Of a stretch of DNA of 64,000 bases, positions 1-12,194 are shown one piece after another. The position numbers and the translations under genes are program-made. Each line of letters opens with the position of its first letter. Positions within the stretch are counted from its first letter, which is position 1. The notes under the pieces are model-generated. The model made no database searches and was not told where the DNA came from. It worked only from the letters and a program-made list of their open reading frames with translations. The DNA is from Octopus vulgaris (taxonomy: Eukaryota), in contig OX597831.1 in NCBI GenBank assembly GCA_951406725.2, positions 83,939,318-84,003,317 of the forward strand. Reading direction: 5' to 3'.

Positions 1-44
1 GGAGAGAAAAAAATGCGTGTAGGAGCTAACGATCTATCATGGCG

Positions 45-113
45 TTACACACACATTATATACACATGCACATATACATACACACACACGTACATACATA
101 TGTGTGTGTGTTT

Positions 114-154
<41 letters not shown>

Positions 155-170
155 ATTTATGTATATATAA

Positions 171-216
<46 letters not shown>

Positions 217-392
217 GTTTGAATGTATGTATGTTTGTATATATGTATGTATGTATACTGTTGTGTCTGTGGAGAGTCATTCTCTTTTGGTGCCTTATAC
301 ATAAATATATATATGTGTGTGTGTGTGTGTGTATGTATATATGTATGTGTGTGTAGATGTATGTGTGTGTATGTATATATATTTATATATAT
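45..392. repeat. Compound (CA)n/(TG)n/(TA)n microsatellite
   Basis: Dinucleotide tracts are directly visible; the ORFs here are low-complexity artefacts. Confidence 0.95.
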
Positions 393-399
393 TCTTTTA

Positions 400-775
400 T
401 TCTTTTACTTGTTTCAGTCATTTGGCTGCTGCCATGCTGGAGCACCACCTTAAAGGGTTTTTTTTTTTAATCGAAAAAATCGACCCACGACTTATTTGTA
501 AACCTAGTACTTATTCTTTTGCCGACTCGCTAAGTTACGTGGACGTAAACACACCAACATCGTTTGCCAAGCGATGATGGAGAAACACAAAGAGACACAC
601 ATAAATACTCACACACACTCACACACAAACACACACACACAAACACATATACACGACGGACTTCTTTCATTTACCGTCTCACAAGGCTTGGGTCAGCCCG
701 AGGCTATAGTAGAACACGCCCAAGGTGCCATGTTGTGAGGCTGAACCCGGAAGCATATGGTTGGGAAGCAAGTTT
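400..775 (-). mobile_element. SINE family 1 (3' end shared with the CR1-like LINEs)
   Basis: The motif gtttcagtca...gccatgctggagcacc...ctaagttacg.ggacgtaaacacacca recurs at ~16450, ~21460 and ~22600. A tRNA B-box-like head (ctgaacccgg) lies at the right end. Confidence 0.75.
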
Positions 776-781
776 TTTTTT

Positions 782-1168
782 ACCACCCACAAGGGGCTAA
801 ACACAGAGAGGACAAACGGATTAAATCGATTATATCGACCCAGTACATAACTGGTACTTAATTTATCGATCCCGAAAAGATGAAAGGCAAAGTGAACCTC
901 GGTGGAATTTGAACTCAGAACGTAACAGCAGACAAAATACTTATTTCTTTACTACCCACAAGGGGCTAAACACAGAGGGGACAAACAAGGACAGACAAAC
1001 GGATTAAGTCGATTGCATCGACCCCAGTGCGTAACTGGTACTTAATTTGTCGACCCCGAAAGGATGAAAGGCAAAGTCGACCTCGGCGGAATTTGAACTC
1101 AGAACGTAACGGCAGACGAAATACGGTTAAGCGTTTCACCCGGCGTGCTAACGTTTCTGCCAGCTCTA
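782..1168 (-). mobile_element. SINE family 2, tandem partial duplication
   Basis: Two copies of cccacaaggggctaaacacagag...cgaaaggatgaaaggcaaagtcgacctcggcggaatttgaactcagaacg; the same family occurs at 6408, 7408, 8760, 37800, 42913 and 51066. Confidence 0.85.
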
Positions 1169-1859
1169 GCACACAGCCACGCCTGCGTCTATATTACCCA
1201 TTAAGGCGGTGCTGCAGCATGGCCTCACTGTACTGATTGATGCAAGTAAAAGACAAAAGATAAAAGTTCCATAGACAACCATTACTTATAAACATAGCAT
1301 GCCGACAATGGAAAGAATAATCATACATTACTCGAAGGATAACTTACCAAAAAAATTTTCCTTAAATGTCTTCATGGCAAAAGAACGAAAAAAAAATATA
1401 TAAAATAAAATATAAACAGAAAAAAAATGGCGTGATATATCGTAAGCTACGGAAGACTTACTTCCTGGAAAACAAAGGCGGTAATCCGCACGAGAAAAAA
1501 ACTTTCCAGATTCAAGATCTCGAAAATGCCCAACACAAAAAGGAAGAACCAGATACATTCACGGATGACATTATCAGTTTATGAAAGAATATAGGGTTTT
1601 AATCACAAGAAAATGATTTCTTTGGCAAGCTAAAGTTATAATAAATAAATGAATAAAATAGATAAAAGCGAATGGAATCAGCCGATAACCAATGCGTATT
1701 AGCAGACGAAAACAAGGAACCGATATATTTTACAAATGCGTCTTATAGAGTAATAAAAGAAAAAAGCAGACAACACAAAGCAAAAGTGGATTCACAACGC
1801 AAGAATCACAACACACACATCCGCGAAGCTTTAACACCCGAGACAGATTTAGATGCTTA

Positions 1860-1973
1860 ATAATAATAAAGAAGAAGAAGAAGAAGGAGGAGGAGGTGAG
1901 GAGGGGAAGGAGAGGGGAGGGGAAACGAAGAAGAAGAGGAACAAGAACAACTCAAAAAGAAAGAAGATGAGAA

Positions 1974-2005
<32 letters not shown>

Positions 2006-2150
2006 ATTATGATGATGATGATGATTATGATGATGATGATGATGGTGGTGATTATGATGAGGATGATGATGATGATGAGTATGATGATGATGGTGGTGAT
2101 TATGATGAGGATGATGATAATGATGATGATGATCATTATCATCATCATGA
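1860..2150. repeat. Trinucleotide (GAA/GGA/GAT/GGT)n low-complexity tract
   Basis: Directly visible. Confidence 0.95.
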
Positions 2151-2218
2151 TGCTGGAAAAGTGTTTTTTGTGAGTGAATTTAGTCTAACCTGCTATACAT
2201 ACATACATACTTAATGTT

Positions 2219-2268
<50 letters not shown>

Positions 2269-2324
2269 CATATACACATACAAACATAGCTATGTGTGTA
2301 TGTCTGTGTGTGAAATCAATGTGC

Positions 2325-2570
2325 AAGTAGCTGAGCACTCCACAGTCACGTGTACCCTTAGCTTAGTTCCCAAGGAGATTCAGTGTGACACATAGTGTGC
2401 TAAGGCCGGCCCTTTGAAATACAAGTACATCTCATTTTTGCCAGGTGAGGGGACTGAAGCAACGTGAAATAAAGTGACTTTCTCAAGGACACAACACGTT
2501 GCCAGATATCAGATTTACGATCTTATAATCTTGACCCAAATACCCTAAAAACTTAACCACGCGCCCACTA
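2325..2570 (-). mobile_element. Degenerate SINE-like fragment
   Basis: GC-richer island (gattcagtgtgacac...gcaacgtgaaataaagtgac.ttctcaaggacacaac) with a decayed tRNA-like head; recognised only by resemblance. Confidence 0.45.
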
Positions 2571-3932
2571 TTCGCATATATTAATGGTGTCAGAAACAAA
2601 AAATCGAATATGAATTAGATTCGAATTTATTTCTTCAGGTTGATGTCAATTAAGCTAGAACAGACAATAATCTTACACCAAAATGGGATTCCTGAAGAAA
2701 CCTTCTAATCAAGAAAGATGGTCACTGAAAAGTGTTACGGTAGAATTTCATGTATTCGAGCTAGAACTCTTGTTCCTGTTCTATAAAATGGAAATTTCCT
2801 TTAATGGTATAAGAGTAAGTTCTATAAGCTGTTCAACGATGACAACATTAAAGTGAGCTAGAGTTACATAAGAAAACATATCTATCGCTGTCAAAAAGCA
2901 CAATGCAAAATCATTGTAAATAGTCGTAGAACAAAGTGAAATGTTGAAACAAACAGCTCTGTTCACTTAAAGGGAAACTGTCAAGAGATACGTAAGTATT
3001 GATTACCATGTTAATGTATTCACATCAACTTGCTTTAAAAGACCTACATAGCACATCTTGAAGACTTACCTGCAACAGAGATTCCTTCGAAATTCTAAAT
3101 ATCACAATCTGGAAAATACCTAAGCACTTTCAGAAGACGAAAAGTATATTTGAAAACTGAGAGACAAAGGAGAGACCAGTAACCTATTATAGTTAATGCT
3201 AAATAAGGACAGTCTTTTAAGAACGAATTAAAGTTATACGACATCTTTCTTACACATAAGTTGTTAGCTTTCTCAACTTGTGAGTTAACAAAAAAAAATA
3301 ATAATAATAAATTAATACAAAATGGCTGACGGTTAGTAAGGAGAGACACACAAATAAGAAAGAAGAAAGCAAAGGACCACTGATGCGGTCACAGGAGTGT
3401 GACGAAAGAACTCTGGCTGAAATAAGATTAAGTTTAATGTAAAAAATAAATAACACTGAAGCAAAGTAACACCAAATATATAGTGCGTGTGTTTTTATTG
3501 GCTAAACTGGCAAAATGACCATTCCGAAATACAACAATAATAAATTAATACTTTCGTAAAAAAAAAACAATTAAACTAATGATTTCGATTCCCTGACATA
3601 TACTCAACTTCTTCCTTGAAAATCTTAAAAACAATCTCCTACCTCATTCCTAATTCAGGACAGATGACAACCGATGATTTATACTGCATAAACCGCCTTC
3701 AATCATTTAATTTATTTCCAAGTCATTGACATATACGGCGGGGCCAACAGAAAGAAACTATAGTTCGAGGATATAATATCCGTTTATCTCATATAATTTA
3801 ACATGTATAAGAGTCGACATACTTCTTACATAAAGTTGTATTGAAAAGTTTTATGTTTTTGTATCACAACACAAACAGCTCTTTTTCTGTATAATATATG
3901 TAGCAGTTGTATGACTAAGTACCGCCAATATA

Positions 3933-5895
3933 AATAATAATAATAATAATAATAATAATTGTGTACAGTGCTCAGGTGCACTACAACTCATCTAAAGTGT
4001 ATATATAATCAGGTGTAGTTTCGGCGGATTTCGGAAAGCATGAGGGCCTTAAAAGATGCAGTGTCATGGCAGTCAACAACTGACGCAGGCAGTTTATTCC
4101 ATGCTTCAGCAACTCTGAGCGTGAAAAAATGTTTCCGAAAGTCATGGGAGCTGTATTGTTTTCTGACTTTGTAGGCATGTCCACGTGTGTTAGACACATG
4201 GAGATCAAAAAGGTGTTCAGTGTTGTTGTTGGTGAGGTGGTTGATAACTTTGTGGGTGTTTACCAAGTCCGTCGCCAAACGCCGGAGCTTCAGTGAATCC
4301 ATGCCCAGGGAAACAAGGCGCTCAGAATATGGTAGGTGTCTGATCGAGGGTATGCGTTTGGTTGCACGTCTCTGGACAGATTCCAGGAGGTCAATGTTCT
4401 GTGCAAGATAGGGGTTCCAAACTGATGATGCGAATTCCAAGTGTGGTCGTACCATAGCTGTATACAGTTTTAAATAGATGGCTGGAGAGCGGCTAACAAA
4501 AGACCTGCTGAGTGATGCCAAGACACCCTCGGCCTTCCTGACAATCTTAGAGATATGCTTTGACCAACGCAAATCACTGCTGACAGTGATGCCTAGGTCA
4601 CGCTCGCAAGAGGATTTCTTGATATCAGTGTTGTGGAGGGAGTAAGTGAACGCAGGGTTTTTTCTCCCAAAATGCATGGTGGTACACTTGTCCACAGCCA
4701 GTTTCAGTTGCCAGTCTGTGATCCATTGCTGCATTGTGTCTAGGTCTGATTGCAGGAAAGAGTTGTAGACATCAGGATCTGTCCTCTTGATTTCAAGGTA
4801 CAGCTTGATGTCGTCTGCATATTTCAATACTGTGGCATTCTTTAAATTGGCATCTATGTCGTTAATGTATGCCACAAACAAGAGGGGACCAAGGACAGAT
4901 CCCTGTGGTACACCCGATGACATCTCATATGGTGTAGAGTGCTGTCCTAGAACTGTGACTACCTCCTTTCGGCTGAGGATGAAGGATTTCAACCAGTTAA
5001 AAAGGTCATCCCCCACACCCATTGCAGAGAGTTTCACCATAAGCCTTTTGTGTGGTACAGAGTTGAAAGCCTTAGCAAAGTCAAGGTAGACAACATCCAC
5101 CCATGAGCCACTGTCAGTAATCTGAGTAATGTCCTCAAGGAACTCGACAAGCTGGTCACTGCAGCTGGAGTTAGGGACAAATCCATATTGTGAGGGTCGG
5201 ATGAGACTGTGAGAGCTTCAGAAGTTCCAGAGTGTTTCTCTGACACACGATTCCATCAGTTTTGCAATACAGCTAGTGAGACTGACTGGGCGATAGTTGA
5301 CAGGTGATGTGCGGTCGCCCTTTTTGAACAGAGGAATGACACTGGCAGTTTTCCACTGCTCCGGAGTAGCACCATTGTTGAGACAGTACTGGAAGAAAAT
5401 AGAAAGCTGGTGTAAAAGGAAGTGCCTGCCACGTTTGAGAAGCAGGTATGTAACTCCATCGAGACCAGGGGAGGCATAGTTGCGCTTATTTTGAAGGTGA
5501 CGTCGCAGCATTGCAGGTGTAAATTCCATAGTTGTTATGGAGTTTGCTGTTAGTGATGGTGAAGATGGTACATTTTGACTTTCAACAGTGAATATGTTTG
5601 CATAGCACTCGGCAATGAGTTCTGCGCATTCCTTGGGGTCGTCAGTGATCTGGTTTGTGTGAGGGTTGCGAAGAGGGCCCACTGGAGAGTGAGGTCTCTG
5701 CTTTGAGTGCACATATTTCCAGAAAACCTTGCTGTCAGGATTGGCTGCTATGCACTGTTCAAATTCAAGCACTGCTTTTTTTGTCACTTGCTTGAGATGG
5801 TTGGAGGATTTATTCCGCTTCTTCCTGTTGGTGTCTGATTTATGCAACCTGTATTCCCGTTCAGCAGTCCGACGTTCCCTCCTGGCAAGTCGGAC
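3933..5895 (-). mobile_element. 5'-truncated CR1/L2-group LINE, reverse transcriptase pseudogene with (TTA)n tail
   Basis: ORFs 5218-5955 (PGLDG, FKKGDR..NYRPVSLTS) and 4009-5100 (YLDFAKAF, GVPQGSVLGPLLF, YADD) are in different frames. The (AAT)n tract at 3933-3959 is the 3' tail. Confidence 0.92.
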
Positions 5896-6174
5896 CGTGA
5901 AGTTTCCCAAATTGCCCTTTTGGGGCGGTTCTTCTTTAGGTTTACCGTCGTGCATTAAGAATTAATTCTGGGAATTGTTCCAAATTATACTAAATGATGT
6001 AGTAGCATTTTCTCTTTTTGTTTTTTTCTTTGTTGTTTTATTTTCATTTTTTATTTCTATGAGATACTGCGATACTCATATCTCGTGTTTCCTTTTGCTC
6101 CTCGATAAAAACAATGAAATCTAATAAAATAAAGTAATGACAATCGAGAATAACAATTTGATAAAAACCTTCAT

Positions 6175-6322
6175 TTTTACCACCATCATCACCAAAACCA
6201 TCACCACCTACTCCAACACCAACACCTCCATCACCACCGCTGCTGCGACAGCTGCCGCCGCCGCCGCTGCCACTTGCACTATCATTGTCATGATCACCAA
6301 CATCATCATCATCATTACCATT
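6175..6322. repeat. (CAC/CAT/GCC)n trinucleotide tract
   Basis: Directly visible. Confidence 0.85.
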
Positions 6323-6407
6323 CATAGCTAACAGAGATATTACATTGTCGCTCGACTTGCTAAAAATAACCGCGCAGTTTCTCTTTCGTATTTCATACTC
6401 TACTGTA

Positions 6408-6825
6408 GGGCGACGAGCTGGCAGAATCGTTAGCACTCCGGGCGAAATGCTTAGCGGTATTTCGTCTACCACTACGTTCTGAGTTCAAATTCCGCCGAGG
6501 TCGACTTTGCCTTTCATCCTTTCGGGGTCGATAAATTAAGTACCAGTTACGCACTGGGGTTCGATATAATCGACTTAATACCTATGTCTGTCCTTGTTTG
6601 TCCCCTCTGTGTTTAGCCCCTCGTGGGTAATAAAGAAATAGGTATTTCCTCTGCCTCTACGTTCTGAGTTCAAATTCCGCCGAGGTCGACTTTGCCTTTC
6701 ATCCTTTCGGGGTCGATAAATAAAGTACCAGTTCCGCACTGGGGTCGATGTAATCGACTTAATCCGTCTGTCTATCCTTGTTTGTCCCCTCTGTGTTTGT
6801 CCCCTCTGTGGGTAGTAAAGAAATA
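6408..6825 (+). mobile_element. SINE family 2, full copy plus tandem 5'-truncated copy
   Basis: A tRNA-like head (ggcgacgagctggcagaatcgttag...gagttcaaattcc) is followed by the core gtcgactttgcctttcatcctttcggggtcgataaa..agtaccag, which is present twice. Confidence 0.88.
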
Positions 6826-7064
6826 TATTGATAAAGGTTTTATCATCATCCCAAGATCGTGGTTTCGATTCTCGAACCGAGCGATGTATTGCTTTCTTGA
6901 ACAAATCATTTCATTTCATTCTACCTCAGTTCACTCGGCTGTTAACGAATAATCCTGCGACGCGAGGGAATGGAATCCCGTTCAGAAGAGTTTGTTTTGA
7001 TCTCGCTGTGGGAACCAGATAACCGGCCCTGTGTATCCTCGGGCTCGAGATAATTATGTCTAGG

Positions 7065-7173
7065 TGTTGTTGTTGTTGTTGTTTATGATGATGATGATGA
7101 TGACGACGACGACGACGACGATGATGATGATGATGATGACGATGACGACGACGACGACGACGACGATGATGAT
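7065..7173. repeat. (GTT)n(GAT)n(GAC)n microsatellite
   Basis: Directly visible. Confidence 0.95.
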
Positions 7174-7407
7174 ATAGTAAGTTGGCTTTAATATCATGGG
7201 TTTGTTCGAAGACATAATACGTATTGGGCTCATGATCGTGAAATGATGGACTCCATTTTTGGACTGGGCGGCGCACTGTGTCCGTTCTTGAATAAGATAC
7301 TTTATTTTGCATTGCTGTAATTGATTCAATTGAAAAGGAGCAGCAGAGTTTAGTTGGAACTATGCGAAGAACTGGTGTCCGATTTAGAGAAGCGCTACTC
7401 TTATATT

Positions 7408-7640
7408 CGGCGAGCTGGCAGAAACGTTAGTACGCCGGGCGAAATGTGTAGCCATATTTCGTCTGCCGTTACGTTCTGAGTTCAAATTCCGCCGAGGTCG
7501 ATTTTACCTTTCATCCTTTCGTGGTCGATAAATTAAGTACCAGTTATGCACTGGAGTCGATCTAATCGACTTAATCCCTTCGTCTGTCCTTGTTTGTCCC
7601 CTCTGTGTTTAGCCCCTTGTGGCTAGTAAAGAAATAGGCA
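7408..7640 (+). mobile_element. SINE family 2
   Basis: Same head, core and tail as the 6408 copy. Confidence 0.88.
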
Positions 7641-7784
7641 TGTAAATTTTGGAGAATCCTTGATTCTTCTGATTATCTCCTCTTCTCATTTGGAGTTTAG
7701 TCACAATTGCCACCAATTCTTTCCTCTATCCTCGAAAGAGGAGATAATTTCAGTAAATCAAAATTCTTTAATGCACATTAATTC

Positions 7785-7849
7785 ATCTCTCTCTCTCTCT
7801 CTCTTTCTCTCTCTTCCTGTCTTTTCTCACACATACGCGCACGCACGCC

Positions 7850-7909
<60 letters not shown>

Positions 7910-8017
7910 GATAGATGGCAAAGATAGATGATTAACAAATACGTAGACAAACACATGGACAGACTAATGGACATACAGATAGACAGGCAGATGGATGGAT
8001 GGATGGATGGATGGATG

Positions 8018-8107
<90 letters not shown>

Positions 8108-8125
8108 AAGAAAGATGGATAGATC
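7785..8125. repeat. (CT)n, (CA)n, (GGAT)n and (AGAT)n microsatellites
   Basis: Directly visible. Confidence 0.95.
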
Positions 8126-8756
8126 TGTTATAATTTCACAACACCGAAGATGCCCTACAGGAAGAAATTCACTTCTGTACTTGGGAATTATTTTATTTTA
8201 TCGACGCCTGAAAGTTTAAATGCATTGTTGATCCCTGTTTGATTTTGGCACAGAACGTAGAAGGCCACAACTAAACGCAACAGCCACCCGCCTCCGGGAC
8301 TGTGTGCATGAGTGCTTCTTCGCATGTGTGTGTGTATTATATCTTTCCATCCTCGGACCCAGAACCCCTTATGGGGCCATCGTCAAAAACTGAGTTCCTT
8401 ATGTATTTAGAGCACATCCTTCTTCCGTCTGTGAGCACAATCGAATTCTTCAAAGATAGTGAAAGGAAAAAAAGAATCGACTCCGATGTGATGAAAACAA
8501 AGTTGACTTCAGCAGGATTCGAACTCAGTGTGCTGGTAGCCAATACGGATATTGCAAAGGAATTTGTTTTACGTTCTAATGACTTTGATTGCTACCTGCC
8601 TTATGGAAAGTGTGTGTGTGTATGTGTGTGAGTGTGTGTGTATGTGTGTGAGTGTGTGTGTATGTGTGTGAGTGTATTTATACATATATGCACATGTATG
8701 TATGTATGTATGTATGTATGTACGAATGTATGTGTATGCAAATATGTAGGTGTATG

Positions 8757-8990
8757 CCTATTTCTTTATTACCCACAAGGGGCTAAACACAGAGGGGACA
8801 AACAAGGACAGACATAGGTATTAAGTCGATTACATCGACCCCAGTGCGTAACTGGTACTTAATTTATCGACCCCGAAAGGATGAAAGGCAAAGTCGACCT
8901 CGGCGGAATTTGAACTCAGAACGTAACGGCAGTCGAAATACGGCTACGCATTTCGCCCGACGTGCTTAACGATTCTACCTGCTCGACGCA
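8757..8990 (-). mobile_element. SINE family 2
   Basis: Reverse complement of the 7408 copy. Confidence 0.88.
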
Positions 8991-9599
8991 TTCTAGATGT
9001 GAATAATATTAAAATTGAAGAAGAATGTAGAAGGGAACCGTAGAGAACTATGCAAATCAGGCAGAATACAAAGCGAAAATGCAATCAGCTGCTATAAAAT
9101 CGAAACCAATATCCAATCTGCAATATATAAAATATCAATAAACACATTTAAATTCTTTTACTACATGTGCCGATAAAAATCAATAAACCCGTTAAACATA
9201 AAACTGCACCCAGATCATTAAATTTTCTTCATTTATATCGATTTTCATACACAAAGTACTTCGGAAAATTAAACATTTAGAATTTTGTTTTATTTGATGG
9301 AGTAGGGGAGTTTATTTTTCTCTTTTGGCGTAGTTTAGATATTAATAACTTATTCATGCTTGAATTTCTATCTGCAGATATGGCGAGTTCACCAAGTACA
9401 CGATAAAACTGTGTGTAAATAATATATTATGCATATAAATGTATGCATGCATGCATACTCAAATACATATGTGCTTAAATTTTTGCATACACATACACAC
9501 ATACATACATATGTACATACATACGTACGTACATGTATGCATGCGTACATAGATACATACTCACGTATGTACGTACATACATATATACATACATATATT

Positions 9600-9696
<97 letters not shown>

Positions 9697-10108
9697 ATGA
9701 AGAATAGGAACTTATGGGTATAGATTTCATAATCACAGATCCATGATTAGTTTCCTACACAGAATAAATATATGGCCAACGATGTGTGTGTATGTGTATA
9801 CATAAATACATATATACGTATGTATTCTCCTGCCTGTTCTTTGCCACTCTCTTCTTCGTTCTTACTCGCTCTGCCTTCCATACAAACAGAGAAACACATT
9901 CTTCACACACACGCATTCACTCAAAAACAAACACAAATGTGTTGCAGTGGATGGTAGTGCGTGTTCAATACACGCGCGTGCATACACATTCATGTGTGTG
10001 TTTGAAAGCGTGTGTGTGCCTGTGTGTTTGTCTCTATGTATGTATGAATGTACATACATGCATGTATGCATATATATGCGTATATATATATATATATATA
10101 TATATATA

Positions 10109-10825
10109 GCAATAATAATTCTCTAAAAGAGATATAGACAGTAACTGCTCGATAACATAAGGGACTAAAGCCATCTGAATATGGCTAGGGACAGGGCAGG
10201 GTGGTGGGGGTGTTACTGTTGCATTTAGCCCCAGGCGAACATCGACGTCACCAGAAAGGCCCGACACCGTCACGGTGTCCTTAACCTGCAAAGGGAGGTA
10301 ATTCCCCGATGAAGCGGAAACCACACACGGACCATGGTTTCAAGGTGTATTGCCTATCGTCGGCGTGTGGTAGGCTTCCGCTTCCTCGACGAATTCTCAC
10401 TCTGCAGGATATTCATATATAGATTTTCAAGCAAAATACATTTGCTGATTTCGAAAATCTGTTCGAAAGCAATAATAATTCTCTAAAAGAGATATAGACA
10501 GTAACTGCTCGATAACATAAGGGACTAAAGCCATCTGAATATGGCTAGGGACAGGGCAGGGTGGTGGGGGTGTTACTGTTGCATTTAGCCCCAGGCGAAC
10601 ATCGACGTCACCAGAAAGGCCCGACACCGTCACGGTGTCCTTAACCTGCAAAGGGAGGTAATTCCCCGATGAAGCGGAAACCACACACGGTTAAGGACAC
10701 CGTGACGGTGTCGGGCCTTTCTGGTGACGTCGTCGATGTTCGCCTGGGGCTAAATGCAACAGTAACACCCCCACCACCCTGCCCTGTCCCTAGCCATATT
10801 CAGATGGCTTTAGTCCCTTATGTTA
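10109..10825 (-). mobile_element. Hammerhead-containing 360-nt repeat (retrozyme or Penelope pLTR-like), family R1: 1.6 direct units plus an inverted partial unit
   Basis: 10109-10330 is repeated exactly 360 nt later (10469-10690), followed by an inverted copy at 10689-10825. The unit contains a hammerhead fold. Confidence 0.75.
10324..10369 (-). ncRNA. Minimal type-I hammerhead ribozyme motif (U4C core variant)
   Basis: Minus strand reads CACACG-CCGACGA-TAGG(CAATACA)CCTT-GAAA-CCATGG-TC/CGTGTG: 6-bp stem I, short stem II, palindromic stem III and a GUC site. Confidence 0.72.
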
Positions 10826-10959
10826 TATATATATATATTTATATATATATATATAACCATATATAAATACATATATCTATGTCTGTATGTGTTTCTGTGT
10901 CTGTGAGCCTGCGTGAGCATGTGTGAAGATATGAGTGCGCATGTGTATGTGTGTGTATG

Positions 10960-10993
<34 letters not shown>

Positions 10994-10999
10994 TGTATG

Positions 11000-11039
<40 letters not shown>

Positions 11040-11272
11040 GAGAGAGAGAGAGAGAGAGTTTCGCGTATGTCTATATATAGGTTGGTATATGTTAATACGT
11101 GTACGCATATATGTTTAAGTATGTATATGTGTGTATTCGTGTTTGTAAACGTTCATGTATGTTAAGTATATACACATACTTTTCTCAATAATTTATTTAT
11201 TGCAAGTATGAGTTCTAAATGTATTAAGAGACTATCTCTCTCTCTCACTTTTTCTCTGTGATTCTCCTTACG

Positions 11273-11309
<37 letters not shown>

Positions 11310-11748
11310 GTTTCCCTCGCGCTCTCTCTCTCTCCCCAAAATATCCGCCAAGTTTCTTGCAAAAAAAAAAATTAAAAATAAACAAATAAAAAACAAGCAT
11401 CCTCCAAAATATTTTAAATGATTATCATAAATAGCAATATTTTTCAGATAATACATCGTATTTAATTTAATCCTTTGCGTTTGAGAATATTTTGGATTTT
11501 ACGAAACGTTTACTTTATTTTTTTTTTCCGCTTACAAAAGCAAAAATCTCTTTTCCATCTTGTTTTATTGTGGTTCTTTAATTGTTGGCGGTTTTTGTCT
11601 CTTGTCATACTTTGGTAGAATTTCAGAGAGACACACTTTACTTATTCGATTCTTTCTTTCTCTCAATCACTCTCGCACGAATATTCACTGAAACACCCAC
11701 ACTCGCACGCACACACACAGACACAGACACACCCACACAGATACAGAT

Positions 11749-11814
<66 letters not shown>

Positions 11815-12073
11815 ACACACACACTCACATACACACATACATACAAACCCAAACAAACATATTTCTGTTTTTGAATGTTTGTGTGTTTGATATTGAACGC
11901 TTGCTTTATATATATATAAAACGTATAAATATATTTACATGTGTGTGTATATAATATGTATAGATGTATATATATACATACATACATACATATACATATT
12001 ATATACATATATATTTACATATATATGTATATATTATATAAATGCATTTATATATAGATGTATGCATATATAC

Positions 12074-12137
<64 letters not shown>

Positions 12138-12194
12138 GTGTGTGCGTATATGTGTATCGGTATTCGTATAATCAGAATATTTGAAACAGAAACA

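Noticed and set aside
1299-1860. Short lysine-rich ORFs as a host gene
   Set aside because: They are A-rich and fragmented, with no recognisable motif or splice support.
3377-3416. Hammerhead-like string CCA-CTGATGCG-GTCAC..GTGAC-GAAA-GAAC-TC-TGG
   Set aside because: A9 is missing with an extra base, stem I is only 3 bp, stem III is non-palindromic and it is single copy. It is probably chance.
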